From positions 65,850-129,849 of the forward strand of contig CAVPEU010000026.1 of the NCBI GenBank assembly GCA_963703575.1: a stretch of DNA of 64,000 nucleotides. The letters are read 5' to 3'. Below the pieces are notes generated by a model that worked only from the letters and a program-made list of their open reading frames with translations, was not told where the DNA came from and did not search any database. Made by a program: the position numbers and the translations under genes. Shown piece after piece: positions 39,838-49,943 of this stretch. The stretch comes from an uncultured Chloroflexia bacterium (GTDB taxonomy: Bacteria > Chloroflexota > Limnocylindria > Limnocylindrales > CSP1-4). Each line of letters opens with the position of its first letter. Positions within the stretch are counted from its first letter, which is position 1.

Positions 39838-40620
39838 TCACGGGCGTCCGAGCGGCGGCCGGCCGGGCTTCGAAGAACGATCGGGCCGCGAAACGTCGTC
39901 ACGGCGCGATGTCGTCACGGCGCGACGCCGGCCCACCGTCGCGACGCCGTCCACCGTCGCCACGATCTCGCGCCAGACTCCCTCGCGGCGGACCGCGCTC
40001 AACGCCAGTCCGGCGGCCGTGACGTTCGCCTCGGTCCGCCGGTTCAGCTCGGGTCCCGCCAGACGTCGGGTCAGGGGGCTCACCAGGTCGGCCAGCCAGC
40101 CGCCCAGCCGATGGCTGGGCCGGACATGCTCGAGGAGCAGGACCTGGCCATCACGCTTGACCACCCGCCGCACCTCGGCGAGGGCGCGGACCGGATCGGC
40201 CACCGAGCAGAAGACGCACGCGGCCGCGACCGTATCGAACGTCTCGTCGGCGTACGGCAGCGCGTGGACGTCGGCGCGTTCGAGGCGGACGAGGAGGCCG
40301 AGCCGCGCGGCGCGCCGGCCGGCTCGCTCGAGCATGCGCCCGGACACGTCGATCCCGGTCAGGTTGACCCCCGGCGGGTAGTGCTCGAGGTTGCGCCCGG
40401 TGCCGATCCCCACCTCGAGGACCTCGCCGCGCGCCTGCGACAGGAGCCGGTGCCGGCGCTGGGCGCCACCAGCCCGCTCCATCGGGGCGTCGTACAGATC
40501 GTAGACGGCCGCGAGGCGCTCGTAGCGGCGGGTCACCCGGTCCTGCTCTGCGCTCCACGGACCGATCGCACGCGATCCGGTCCGCTGGTCTCCTGCGAGT
40601 GGAGCCTCAGGGTCGGGCAT
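39838..40620 (-). CDS. Class I SAM-dependent methyltransferase (UbiE/COQ5-like)
   Basis: VLEVGIGTGRNL is motif I. The post-I motif reads LPYADETFDTV. Confidence 0.7.
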   Translation of the reverse strand: MPDPEAPLAGDQRTGSRAIGPWSAEQDRVTRRYERLAAVYDLYDAPMERAGGAQRRHRLLSQARGEVLEVGIGTGRNLEHYPPGVNLTGIDVSGRMLERAGRRAARLGLLVRLERADVHALPYADETFDTVAAACVFCSVADPVRALAEVRRVVKRDGQVLLLEHVRPSHRLGGWLADLVSPLTRRLAGPELNRRTEANVTAAGLALSAVRREGVWREIVATVDGVATVGRRRAVTTSRRDDVSRPDRSSKPGRPPLGRP

Positions 40621-40801
40621 TTGTGACCGGATCCGGGAGGCGCGCAAAGAACGGACGGTCCTCGGCGAACTGCTCGTGGCAGGCGACGCTGCAGAAGGAG
40701 AACGTGCGTCCCTCGTAGTCCTCGGTGACAGCCACGTCCTCGGGCCGAATCCGCATCCCGCAGACCACGTCGACGATCAAGCCGGCCTTCCCACGGTTCA
40801 T
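40607..40801 (-). CDS. YHS/TRASH-domain metal-binding protein
   Basis: VVCGMRIRPEDVAVTEDYEGRTFSFCSVACHEQF. It lies downstream of the ATPase on the same strand. Confidence 0.6.
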   Translation of the reverse strand: MNRGKAGLIVDVVCGMRIRPEDVAVTEDYEGRTFSFCSVACHEQFAEDRPFFARLPDPVTNARP

Positions 40802-40964
40802 GTTGGTGTCCTCGTGCATCAGGTGGACGACGGGGAGCATCCGGGCCGGGGCTGAGTCACGGCTGAGGGCAGGCTGAGAATGGGAACCGGGCAGGCTGAG
40901 GAGCTCACGCTGCTGCACCTCGTCCTGCCCGAAGGCCACAGGCGCGCCCAGGCGAACGGGTCGC

Positions 40965-43148
40965 TCACTGCGGTCGCACCGCCGCCGTCTGCGGTCTCCG
41001 CTCGCCTGCGGGCTGCTCGGACGGGGCCCGGCGCAGGAGCCGCAGCCCGTTGGCGATGATGAGGATGGCGGTCCCCTCGTTGAGCAGGAGCCCCTCGGTG
41101 AGCGACAGCCAGCCCGCCAACGCGCCGGCGACCAGGAGGACGACCGTCGCGAGCGAGAGGGCGATGTTCTGGCGGATGTTGGCGAGCGTGCGGCGGGCGA
41201 GCCGGACCGCGGCCGGAAGCGCGGCAAGGTTGTCCGCCATGAGCGCCACATCGGCCGTTTCGAGTGCGACATCGGTGCCGGCGGCGCCCATCGCCACGCC
41301 GACGTCGGCGAGCGCCATCGACGGGGCGTCGTTCACGCCGTCTCCGACCATCGCGATCGTGCCGTGCTGGCGGCGGAGGGCCTCGACTGCGGCCGCCTTG
41401 TTCTCCGGCAGCAGCCCCGACCGCCACTCGGTGATGCCGACCGCCCGGGCGATCGCCTCGGCCGTCCGCTCGTTGTCGCCAGTCAGCATGACCAGCCGCT
41501 CGACGCCGAGCGAGCGCAGCTCGGCGATCACGTCTCCGGCTCCGTCGCGGAGCGCATCGGCGACCGCCAACAGGCCGATCGGTCCGTCCTCGGCGGCGAG
41601 GAGGACGGCCGTCTTGCCCTCCGCCTCGAGTCGGGCCAGCTCCTCCTGGACGCCATCGGGCAGGCTCGCGGCCCGCTCGCCAACCGGCCGCCCGACGAAC
41701 AGGCGCCGGCCGCCGAGGCTGGCCTCGACCCCGACGCCGGGGGTCGCCCGCAGCTCGGAGCCGGCCTCCAGCGGCAGCCCGCGCTGGCGGGCGGCGTCCA
41801 TGATCGCCGCCGCCAGGGGATGCTCGCTCGCAGCCTCGACCCCGGCCGCCAGGCGGAGGATCTCGTCGGGTGATCGGCCGTCGAGCGGCACGATGTCGGT
41901 GAGCGCTGGCTGCCCACGGGTGAGCGTGCCGGTCTTGTCGAAGGCCACGGCCCGCACGGCGGCGAGCCGCTCGAGGTAGACGCCGCCCTTGACGAGGATC
42001 CCGTCGCGCGCCGCCCGCGAGATCGCCGCCACGACCGAGACCGGAACCGAGATGACGAGCGCGCACGAGCACGACACGGTGAGGACCACGAGGCCGCGAT
42101 ACAGCCATTCGCGCAGGTCGGCGCCAAGCAGCGGCGGCACGACCGCGACGACCGCGGCGAGCACGAACATGGCCGGGGTGTAGACGGCGCCGAAGCGATC
42201 GGCGAACCGCTCGGCGCGACCCTTGGCCGCCTGGGCCTCCTCGACCTGGCGGATGATGCGGACGAGGGTCGTGTCCGCCCACTCCCTGGTCACTTCGATC
42301 TCGAGGGCGCCCGCGCCGTTGACGGTGCCGCCGAAGACGGCCGTCCCGGGCGCCACTTCGACCGGGATCGACTCGCCGGTGATCGGGCTCTGGTCGACCG
42401 AGGAAGTCCCCGACACGACCCGCCCGTCGGTCGGCAGGCGCTCACCCGGGCGCACGACGACGAGATCAGCCGGGACGAGCGTCTCGACCGGGACGAGCGT
42501 CGGCAGCGACCCCGGCGGGCCCTTGAGCAGGGCGACCGGCGGGGCGAGCGCCATCAGGGCGCGGATCGAGCCCCGGGCCCGGTCACTGACGTAGTCTTCG
42601 AGGACCTCGCCGAGCGAGAAGACGACGATGAGCGTCGCCGCCTCGCCGATGACCCCCAGGCCCACCGCCCCGAGCGTGGCCACGACCAGGAGGGTGGTGA
42701 TCGTCAGTCGCCGATCGCGGAGCGCCTGGAGCGCGCTCCGGAGCGGGTGGACGCCGGCCACCACGATCGTGGCCGTATACGGGACCAGGGCGACCTGCGG
42801 CAGGCCGAGCAGGTACTCGAATGCGAGCCCGACGAGGAGCAGCAGCGCTCCGGCGGCCAGGGCGAGGGACTTGGGCTGGCGCCACCAGGCCGGTTCGCCC
42901 TCCGCCGGCCGGCGGGCATCGGCCGGGGCGAGGCCAAGGCCGATCCGCCGGGCGGCTCGCTCGATCTGCTGGTCGGTGACCTGGCCGTCGTGCTCGACGC
43001 CGACGATCCCGGCGGCCTCGAAGACCTCGACCGACCGAACACCCGGGACCCGCAAGAGCGTCCCGGCCACGTCGCCCGCGCAGTCGAGGCACGAGCCGTC
43101 GACGACGCGATAGCGCCGGCGGGCGAGCGTAGACACCGGGGCACTCAT
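40965..43148 (-). CDS. Heavy-metal translocating P1B-type ATPase with atypical transmembrane metal-binding motifs
   Basis: An N-terminal CxxC domain (SCLDCAG), DKTGTLT, SEHPL and GDGVNDAP are present. TM6 reads SCSCAL in place of CPC, and TM8 reads NEGT in place of HEG. Confidence 0.9.
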   Translation of the reverse strand: MSAPVSTLARRRYRVVDGSCLDCAGDVAGTLLRVPGVRSVEVFEAAGIVGVEHDGQVTDQQIERAARRIGLGLAPADARRPAEGEPAWWRQPKSLALAAGALLLLVGLAFEYLLGLPQVALVPYTATIVVAGVHPLRSALQALRDRRLTITTLLVVATLGAVGLGVIGEAATLIVVFSLGEVLEDYVSDRARGSIRALMALAPPVALLKGPPGSLPTLVPVETLVPADLVVVRPGERLPTDGRVVSGTSSVDQSPITGESIPVEVAPGTAVFGGTVNGAGALEIEVTREWADTTLVRIIRQVEEAQAAKGRAERFADRFGAVYTPAMFVLAAVVAVVPPLLGADLREWLYRGLVVLTVSCSCALVISVPVSVVAAISRAARDGILVKGGVYLERLAAVRAVAFDKTGTLTRGQPALTDIVPLDGRSPDEILRLAAGVEAASEHPLAAAIMDAARQRGLPLEAGSELRATPGVGVEASLGGRRLFVGRPVGERAASLPDGVQEELARLEAEGKTAVLLAAEDGPIGLLAVADALRDGAGDVIAELRSLGVERLVMLTGDNERTAEAIARAVGITEWRSGLLPENKAAAVEALRRQHGTIAMVGDGVNDAPSMALADVGVAMGAAGTDVALETADVALMADNLAALPAAVRLARRTLANIRQNIALSLATVVLLVAGALAGWLSLTEGLLLNEGTAILIIANGLRLLRRAPSEQPAGERRPQTAAVRPQ

Positions 43149-43456
43149 GCCGCAGCGACCTTGCCGATGACCTCGGAGAGGTCGATCTCGTCGACGATCG
43201 CGGTCAGCTCGTCGCAGTAGTCGCACAGGCCCGGGCAGGCCTGGACGCGAGCCGTGAGCTCGCGCGTCAGCTGCTCGCGGGCGCTCTCCTCCAGGGCAAG
43301 CCGCAGCGCCCGGTCGGTCCCGGCGCGCATCGCCCGGAGCTGGATGACGACGTCCACGCTCGACGATCCGGTGTCGAGCATCCGCCCGAGGCCCTCCGCC
43401 TGCCCGCGGAGGTAGTTGACCTGGTTGCGCAGTTTGCGAGGCGGTTGCTGGGCCAT
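43145..43456 (-). CDS. CsoR/RcnR-family (DUF156) metal-sensing repressor-like protein, atypical
   Basis: [43 protein letters not shown] fits the CsoR helical scaffold. The stop overlaps the ATPase start (ATGA). The canonical Cys/His sensing positions appear replaced, and the C-terminus reads [11 protein letters not shown]. Confidence 0.75.
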   Translation of the reverse strand: MAQQPPRKLRNQVNYLRGQAEGLGRMLDTGSSSVDVVIQLRAMRAGTDRALRLALEESAREQLTRELTARVQACPGLCDYCDELTAIVDEIDLSEVIGKVAAA

Positions 43457-43508
43457 GGGTGAGGCTCCGTTTCTCCTGTTTCGACACCCCCTGGGGGTGT
43501 CTACGTGA

Positions 43509-43883
43509 AGCGTACCAGACGAGCCCCACTCGCGGAACCGACCGCAACCCGCGCCGATCTCGATCTTCGCGGGCTTCCTCGGCGTGGGTCCCGGTTTCCT
43601 CCTGATGCCGACCCTCACCCTGATCGGGTACAGCGCCCGCCTCGCCGCCGCGACGAACTCGGTGGCGGTCACGCTGCCGTCGTTCTCCGCCTTCATCAGC
43701 CACCTGCCGACGGCCACCTTCGACTGGCCGCTCGTGATCGTGACGTCGATCGCGGCGGTCATCGGCTCCTGGTTCGGCGCCCGCTTCACGGCCGGTCGGG
43801 TCAAGTCTGCCGCCCTGTCGCGCATCTTCGCGATCGCGCTCGTCGCGCTCGCCGTGCAGCGCGCCTGGATCCTCGTCTCATGA
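43509..43883 (+). CDS. TauE/SafE (DUF81)-family membrane protein, half-size or 5'-truncated
   Basis: [18 protein letters not shown] is the GxGGG repeat motif. Only about 125 aa lie in frame after a stop at 43506, and the first possible start is GTG 43584. It is divergent from the CsoR-like gene. Confidence 0.4.
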   Translation, partial: SVPDEPHSRNRPQPAPISIFAGFLGVGPGFLLMPTLTLIGYSARLAAATNSVAVTLPSFSAFISHLPTATFDWPLVIVTSIAAVIGSWFGARFTAGRVKSAALSRIFAIALVALAVQRAWILVS

Positions 43884-43917
43884 CGACCGTCCGCCCGAAG
43901 TACGCCGCCGCACCGCC

Positions 43918-44262
43918 ATGAGGAGACCTTCCATGCGAACTGAGCTTCCGGTCCTCCAGGACCTGCGGATGAGCCTCCCCGCCCCCGACGTGAACGACGC
44001 GACAGCGACCGCTTCGCTCCTGGCCGACCCGATCCGGGCCAGCATCGTGCGGATGCTCCGCGACGGCCCCGTCTGCGTGTGCGAGATGGCCGCCGCCCTC
44101 GGCGCGCGCGAAAACAACGTCAGCAACCATCTCGCCCGGCTCCGCGACGCGGGCCTCGTGCGCGCGAGCCGGTACGGCGCGGACTCACGGCGCGCCTACT
44201 ACGAGCGCGACGATGCGGCATGTCGCCGGGCGCTCGAAGCGCTGGGAGACTTGCTCGGATAG
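43918..44262 (+). CDS. ArsR/SmtB-family metalloregulator
   Basis: LADPIRASIVRMLRDGPVCVCEMAAALGARENNVSNHLARLRDAGLV. Confidence 0.8.
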   Translation: MRRPSMRTELPVLQDLRMSLPAPDVNDATATASLLADPIRASIVRMLRDGPVCVCEMAAALGARENNVSNHLARLRDAGLVRASRYGADSRRAYYERDDAACRRALEALGDLLG

Positions 44263-44319
44263 CGACGCCTGCACCCCGCGTCCCTGCAGGTTCATCGCCG
44301 CCCAACACGAGGAGAGCGC

Positions 44320-44556
44320 ATGAAGAAGATCGAGGTCCTGGGGCCAGGCTGCCACAACTGCCATCTCCTGGAGGAGGCCGCGAGGGAGGCCGTTGCGATG
44401 GCGGGGGTCGAGGCAGAGATCCTGCACGTCACCGATGTCGCCCGCATCGCGAGCTATGGCGTGATGCGCACGCCCGGCCTGGTCATCGACGGCAAGGTGG
44501 TCAGCGCGGGGCGCATCCCCTCCGCAGGCGACATCGTGGTCTGGCTGACCGAGTAG
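44320..44556 (+). CDS. Small thioredoxin-fold protein (redox-active disulfide protein 2-like)
   Basis: GPGCHNCH is a CxxC motif, in a roughly 78 aa Trx-like fold. Confidence 0.7.
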   Translation: MKKIEVLGPGCHNCHLLEEAAREAVAMAGVEAEILHVTDVARIASYGVMRTPGLVIDGKVVSAGRIPSAGDIVVWLTE

Positions 44557-44631
44557 CACGGGAGGTTCGGGCCGGACGCCGTACAGCTGCCTCAGGTCCA
44601 TCAGTGATCGCCCGATTCGCGGCCGTCACCG

Positions 44632-44707
44632 TAGGAGGTGTGGCGCCCCCGACAGGAATCGAACCTGTGACCTACCGCTTAGAAGGCGGCTGCTCTATCC
44701 GCTGAGC
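44632..44707 (-). tRNA. tRNA-Arg (anticodon TCT)
   Basis: The reverse complement GCCCCCGTAGCTCAGCGGATAGAGCAGCCGCCTTCTAAGCGGTAGGTCACAGGTTCGATTCCTGTCGGGGGCGCCA forms a cloverleaf with complementary acceptor stems and T-arm GGTTCGATTCC. Confidence 0.8.
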
Positions 44708-44831
44708 TACGGGGGCGTCGGTTACCGGCTCAGTCTACGCAGGCGCCCGGGTATCTGACCGCCGGCCGGTTCGATCCCGGCTCTCGACCAATCCGCGACG
44801 GGCGACCGGATTCGCCACCCATCCCGGGCAG

Positions 44832-45101
44832 CTAATGCCGAATCGAGCTGCTCGGTGCTCCGCCCTGCGTGCTGGCGGCCAGCATCTGGGCCAGGCCCTC
44901 CGCCAGCTTCTGCGCAAGCTCGCGGCTGAACCGCAGCCGTGCGATGGTCGCGCTCGGATCTTCGTGCGGTCCGGGCTCGCCGGTCGGCTGACTCAGCGCG
45001 AGGGTCACGGTCACGCCGAAGGGCCCAGCGGTGATGCTGAAGCCATCGGCATAGATGTCAGGATGATCGGACACGGCACATCTCCTGTCGGGCAGGTCCA
45101 T
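44832..45101 (-). CDS. DUF3467-like small protein
   Basis: IYADGFSITAGPFGVTVTL...ATIARLRFSRELAQKLAEGLAQMLAA. Confidence 0.5.
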   Translation of the reverse strand: MDLPDRRCAVSDHPDIYADGFSITAGPFGVTVTLALSQPTGEPGPHEDPSATIARLRFSRELAQKLAEGLAQMLAASTQGGAPSSSIRH

Positions 45102-45278
45102 CCGCGAGTGTGAGCGCCTGGCGGATCAGCGGTGGACACGGTGCACCCCCGCATTCTCCGCCCGCCGAGGACGACCGAATGGGGCATTCGACCCACTCCC
45201 CCGTCCCGTGGGGCGCGTGATACGCTTCGCGCCCTTCGTGCGGTGCGCCCAGTCCCGCACGTGACGTCGAGCCCGGGA

Positions 45279-46673
45279 ATGCCCGACCAGACCAGACGAC
45301 CGAATCCGGGGCAGCTCGCCCTCGAGCTGCCGAGCACGCTTCCCAGCCTCGGGATGGAGCTGGAGTGGAAGGCGCAGGCCCGCCTGTGGGGCCCGAGCCT
45401 CCACCCGATGTGCTCCTACCTCGCGAGCTTCCCCGCCGCGCTCGCGCATGCTTTCATCGCCCGCTACAGCCGATCGGGCGACGTGGTCCTGGACCCGTTC
45501 TCCGGCCGCGGCACGACGCCGCTCCAGGCCGTCGCGGAGGGCCGCATCGGCGTCGGCAACGACCTCAACCCGTTCGCCCACCTCCTCACGGCGGCCAAGG
45601 TCCAGCCGGCCACGCCCGCGGAGACGCGCACCCGGCTCGCCGCGCTCCGCCTCGCCTGGGCCGCCGACGCCGCCGCCTGGCTCGCCCTCGGCGAGCGCGT
45701 GGTCGCGCGCCCGCGTCACCCGTCGGCACGCGTGCCCGCGCCCGGCAGCGGCGACGGCCCGGACGCCCGCACCGAGACGGTCCCGGACGAGGTGGCCCTC
45801 GCGTTCCACCCGCGGACCCTGGGCCAGCTGCTGTTCGTGCGGTCCCGGCTGCGGCTGGACGATCGCACGGACCGGTTCCTGGCCGGGGCGGTGGCCGGGA
45901 TCCTGCACGGGAAGACGCCGTCCTACCTGTCCACCGTGATGCCCAACACGTTCAGCATGGCCCCACGCTACGTCCGGGATTTCGTGGCCCGGACCGGCTT
46001 CGAGTCCCCGGAGCGCGACGTGTTCGACGCCCTGTCCGCCAAGTTGGACCGGCTCTACCGCCAGGCTCTGCCCGCGACGGGCGGGCTCGCGCTCCTGGGC
46101 GACGCGCGGACGGCCGGACGCCGGGCGCGCACGGCCCTGCGGGCGCGCGGCCTCCCCGACCGCGCCCGGCTCATCGTCACCTCACCGCCGTACCTGCGCG
46201 TGCTCAAGTACGGCTATTACAACTGGCTGCGGACATGGTTCCTGGGCTTCGACGCGCAGGCCATCGATACCGCCCTCGACGACGCGCACCAGCGCGAGCC
46301 CTACCTCGTGTTCCTGCGCGAGGTCCTGGCCGACCTCCGGCCGGCGCTCACGGACGACGGGATCGCGGTGCTCGTGATCGGCGATGTCGAGACCGACCGG
46401 GGCAAGCCGTCGGACATCGGCCTCGACCTGGCCGAGCGCGTGTGGGAGGAGGCCGCCTACCCCGCCGGGTACCGGCTGGCGGGCCTGGTGCGTGACGAGA
46501 TCGCCGCCAACCGCAAGATGACCCGCCTGTGGGGCGAGCAGGCCGGGCGGGCGACCAAGACCGATCGCATCCTGGTGCTGGGCGCGACCGAGGCCGGGCG
46601 CCGGCGGGCGCTTGCCGCCGCCGACCTGCCGATCGACTGGTCGTGGCCGCCGACGAGGCTTCGCGCGATCTGA
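45279..46673 (+). CDS. DNA (N4-cytosine/N6-adenine) methyltransferase, no cognate restriction gene apparent
   Basis: The AdoMet motif I block SGDVVLDPFSGRGTTPLQAVAEGRIGVGNDLNPFAHL lies near the N-terminus. The catalytic motif IV LIVTSPPY lies about 250 aa downstream, so the motif order is permuted relative to typical PF01555 beta-class enzymes. The start is uncertain (Met at 45132/45279/45354). Confidence 0.7.
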   Translation: MPDQTRRPNPGQLALELPSTLPSLGMELEWKAQARLWGPSLHPMCSYLASFPAALAHAFIARYSRSGDVVLDPFSGRGTTPLQAVAEGRIGVGNDLNPFAHLLTAAKVQPATPAETRTRLAALRLAWAADAAAWLALGERVVARPRHPSARVPAPGSGDGPDARTETVPDEVALAFHPRTLGQLLFVRSRLRLDDRTDRFLAGAVAGILHGKTPSYLSTVMPNTFSMAPRYVRDFVARTGFESPERDVFDALSAKLDRLYRQALPATGGLALLGDARTAGRRARTALRARGLPDRARLIVTSPPYLRVLKYGYYNWLRTWFLGFDAQAIDTALDDAHQREPYLVFLREVLADLRPALTDDGIAVLVIGDVETDRGKPSDIGLDLAERVWEEAAYPAGYRLAGLVRDEIAANRKMTRLWGEQAGRATKTDRILVLGATEAGRRRALAAADLPIDWSWPPTRLRAI

Positions 46674-46752
46674 GCCTGCGCGGCGGCTCCGCCCGTTGCC
46701 CCGTCCCCGGCCCGGGGCGTCCCCGGCCCGGGGTAGGATTCGGGCGAAGCCG

Positions 46753-49017
46753 ATGACCCATCCGGAGGCGTCGCAGGTGGGGATCCCGTCACACCACGAG
46801 CCTGATCGCGTCCGGCGCACGATCGTGGGCGCCCTGACCGGGCTGACGACCGCCGCCCTGACCGGGCTGGCGACCGCCGCCCTGGTGCTGGCCGCGCTTG
46901 CGCCGGCGGCGGCCCTCGCCCAGGGTGAGCCGCGGCTCCGGACGGCGATCACCGACGAGGCCGGCGTCCTGTCCGCCGCCGACGAGACGCACATCGGGGA
47001 CGCGCTCCGGGCGTTGCGCGACCAGCGGAACGTCCAGCTGTTCGTCGCCTTCGTCACCACGACGGGAAGCGCGACGGTCACGGAGTTCGCGCAGTCGACG
47101 GCCGTCGCGAACTCGCTGGGCAACAACGACGCGCTGCTGCTGGTCGCGATCGAGGACCGATCGGACGCGCTCTGGGTGGGACCCTCACTGACGGGCGTCA
47201 CGGACACCGAGATCGACGGCATCCTGGTTAACGCCGTGGAGCCGCAGCTCGCCGCCGGCAACTTCGCGGACGCCGTGATCGACGGGGCGGGCGCGCTCAG
47301 CGACGCGCTCGTCGCCGACATCCCGGCGACCGTTCCGCCGGCCACCGCGGCCCCGGCCACACCGGCAACAGGCGAGACCGGCGGCGAGACCGGGGGCGGC
47401 ACCGGATCGTCTCGCGGGCTCGATCTCCGGCCGGTGCTGGCGGTGCTCCTCGTGGCCGGCGGCCTGTTCCTCGTCGGCCGCACCCTGTTCCTGCGCCGTG
47501 CCGCCTCGAAGCTGGATGCCGCCGAGCGCGACAGGCTCTCCCGGGAGGCGAACGCCGCGCTCCTCGCCACGGACGAGGCGGTGCGGGATGCGGACGAGGA
47601 GGTCGGATACGCGGAGGCGCAGTGGGGCGAGGCCGAGGCGGCGCCCTACCGGGAGGCGCTCGCCAGGGCCCGCGACGAGCTGCGCGCCGCGTTCGCGGTC
47701 CGCCAGCAGCTGGACGACGCGGTGCCCGACACGCCGGAGCAGCGCCGCGCGATGCTCCGGGAGATCATCAGCCGCACGACCGCGGCCAACCAGCTGCTGG
47801 CCGCACAGGCGGACCGGCTCGCGCAGCTGCGCGACCTGGAGCGGACCGCCCCCCAGGGGCTGGCCGCCCTGCCCCCCGCCATCGATGCGCTGCAGGCGCG
47901 CCGTGCGGCCGCCGCCGCGACCCTGGAGCGGCTCACGGCCACGTACGCCCCTTCGGCGGTCGCGTCGGTCGGCGGCAACCTCGTCGAGGCCGGCAAGGCC
48001 CTGGCCTCCGCCACCTCGGAGACCGAGCGCGGCCGTGCGCTGCCGGACGCCAGGCGCTCCGAGATGGTCGTGGCGCTCCGGCGCGCCCAGGCGGGCACGG
48101 CCTCCGCAACGCATCTCGTCGAGGCGGTGGAACGCCTTGCCGCCGGCCTGGACGACGCCGCCGCCCGGCTGCCGCAGGAGCTGTCCGCGGCCGCCGCGGA
48201 CATCGAGACCGCGAGGGCCGGCGTCGCACGCTCCTCGGCCGTGCCGCCGCTGCCGCCGGTTCCGGCATCGCCCGGATCGCCCGCAGCGCCGCCCGCGCCC
48301 GATTCCGCGGCCGCCCTGGCCGCCGCCGAGCGAACGCTGGCGGAGGCCCGTCGCGCGGCCGCGGCGAGGCCGCTCGACCCCCTGGCGGCCCTCGAGGTGA
48401 CCACCTCGGCCAACCAGGCCGCGGATGCGATCATCGCCGGCCTCCAGGCCGCCGAGATCCAGCGCCAGCGCCGGTTCCAGGTCGCGGCGGCGGCCGTCGC
48501 CGCGGCGCGCGGGCGGGTGGACCGCGCCGTGGACTACATCAAGACCCGACGCCACGGCGTCGGGCAGCAGGCACGAACGCGCGCGGCGGAGGCGGAGGCC
48601 CGCCTGGCAGACGCCCAGCGGCTGGCCGCCACGGACCCGGAGGCGGCCGTCGCCGCGGCGCAACGGGCGGTCGGGCTCGCGGACGAGGCCTATCGCCTGG
48701 CCGCGAGCGAGTTCGACGCCTGGGACGCGGGCAACGGCCCGGTGGCGGGCCCGTACACCCGGACCGGCCGCGCGGGCTCCCCCGGCGCCGACATCGCCGG
48801 CGCGATCCTGGGCGGGATCATCGGCGGGATCCTGTCCGGCGGCGGCCGGGGCAGCGGCTGGGGCGGCTCGTCCTGGGGCGGTTCCGGTGGCGGTCGCTCC
48901 GGGGGCGGTGGCTTCGGCCCCCCGAGCGGGCCGTTCGGCGGCGGGGGCCGCGTCGGGGGTGGCGGGTTCGGTGGGGGTGGCGGGGGTGGAGGTCGCGCCC
49001 GCGGAGGCCGCTGGTAG
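46753..49017 (+). CDS. TPM-domain (TLP18.3/Psb32/MOLO-1) protein with signal peptide, one TM helix, long cytoplasmic coiled-coil region and Gly-rich C-terminal tail
   Basis: ITDEAGVLSAADETHIGDALRALRDQRNVQLFVAFV...NDALLLVAIEDRSDALWVG is the TPM fold. The TM helix is LRPVLAVLLVAGGLFLVG. About 450 aa of heptad-like Ala/Arg/Glu/Leu-rich sequence follow, and the C-terminus is GGGGFGGGGGGGG. Confidence 0.7.
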   Translation: MTHPEASQVGIPSHHEPDRVRRTIVGALTGLTTAALTGLATAALVLAALAPAAALAQGEPRLRTAITDEAGVLSAADETHIGDALRALRDQRNVQLFVAFVTTTGSATVTEFAQSTAVANSLGNNDALLLVAIEDRSDALWVGPSLTGVTDTEIDGILVNAVEPQLAAGNFADAVIDGAGALSDALVADIPATVPPATAAPATPATGETGGETGGGTGSSRGLDLRPVLAVLLVAGGLFLVGRTLFLRRAASKLDAAERDRLSREANAALLATDEAVRDADEEVGYAEAQWGEAEAAPYREALARARDELRAAFAVRQQLDDAVPDTPEQRRAMLREIISRTTAANQLLAAQADRLAQLRDLERTAPQGLAALPPAIDALQARRAAAAATLERLTATYAPSAVASVGGNLVEAGKALASATSETERGRALPDARRSEMVVALRRAQAGTASATHLVEAVERLAAGLDDAAARLPQELSAAAADIETARAGVARSSAVPPLPPVPASPGSPAAPPAPDSAAALAAAERTLAEARRAAAARPLDPLAALEVTTSANQAADAIIAGLQAAEIQRQRRFQVAAAAVAAARGRVDRAVDYIKTRRHGVGQQARTRAAEAEARLADAQRLAATDPEAAVAAAQRAVGLADEAYRLAASEFDAWDAGNGPVAGPYTRTGRAGSPGADIAGAILGGIIGGILSGGGRGSGWGGSSWGGSGGGRSGGGGFGPPSGPFGGGGRVGGGGFGGGGGGGGRARGGRW

Positions 49018-49101
49018 CGGGACGGAACGACACGCGGGGGTCGACGGCGCCGCCGGACGGCCCGACAATCGATGGACCACAGGGGAACCGGAGGCGACGA
49101 C

Positions 49102-49851
49102 ATGGCACAGACCACGATCCTCGGCCGCATCGGCCAGCTCATGCGCGCGAACGTCAACTCGATCCTGGACCAGGCCGAGGACCCGGAGAAGATGCTCGAC
49201 CAGCTGATCCGGGACTTCACCAGCAACATCGCCGAGGCGGAGGAGGCGGTGGCCCAGACCGTGGGCAACCTCCGCCTGCTCGAGGACGACGAGAGGGAGG
49301 CACGCGAGGCCTCCACCGAGTGGCTGACCAAGGCGAAGGCCGCCTCTGAGCGCGCCGACGCGCTCCGCGCCCTGGGCAACACGGCCGAGGCCGACCGCTT
49401 CGACAGCCTGGCCAGGATCGCGCTCAGCCGCCAGCTGTCGTTCGAGAACCAGGTCGCCACCTTCGGCCCGCAGATCGCGCAGCAGCAGGTGTTCACGGAC
49501 CAGCTCAAGGATGGGCTCAACCGGCTCCGCGTGAAGCGGGAGGAGCTGGTCCAGAAGCGCGACGAGCTGGTCTCCCGGGCGAAGATGGCCCAGGCGCAGC
49601 TGCAGGTGACGCAGAGCCTGAAGGAGGTCTCGGTCCTCGACCCCACCTCCGAGCTCAGCCGGTTCGAGGAGCGGATCCGGCGCCAGGAGGCGCAGGCCCG
49701 CGGCATGGCCGAGGTCGCCGCCTCGTCGCTCGACGACCAGTTCGCGGAGCTGCGGAGCGGCGAGGAGGAGGCCGAGGTCGAGGCGCGCCTGACCGAGCTC
49801 AAGGGCAAGACCCTCACGAGCGGCGCACCCTCGCTCGGATCCGGCAGCTAG
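49102..49851 (+). CDS. pspA: PspA/IM30 (phage-shock protein A/Vipp1) family protein
   Basis: MAQTTILGRIGQLMRANVNSILDQAEDPEKMLDQLIRD is the conserved PspA N-terminal amphipathic helix, in a coiled-coil body. Confidence 0.85.
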   Translation: MAQTTILGRIGQLMRANVNSILDQAEDPEKMLDQLIRDFTSNIAEAEEAVAQTVGNLRLLEDDEREAREASTEWLTKAKAASERADALRALGNTAEADRFDSLARIALSRQLSFENQVATFGPQIAQQQVFTDQLKDGLNRLRVKREELVQKRDELVSRAKMAQAQLQVTQSLKEVSVLDPTSELSRFEERIRRQEAQARGMAEVAASSLDDQFAELRSGEEEAEVEARLTELKGKTLTSGAPSLGSGS

Positions 49852-49943
49852 GACGAGGGTCGGCGCTCACGATCGGACGTGCCCGGGGGCGACGGCGGCA
49901 GGAGCCGCCGTCGCCCCCGACGTTGGGCTAGCATGGGGCCTCG

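Noticed and set aside
37489-44707. Calling the region a defined integrative element with an attachment site.
   Set aside because: No integrase, recombinase or transposase gene is present, and I could not recognise a direct repeat of the tRNA-Arg 3' end by eye. It is reported only as a tentative island.
46612-46752. N-terminal extension of the TPM-domain protein from 46612.
   Set aside because: The extension is Arg/Pro-rich junk. ATG 46753 precedes a canonical signal peptide.
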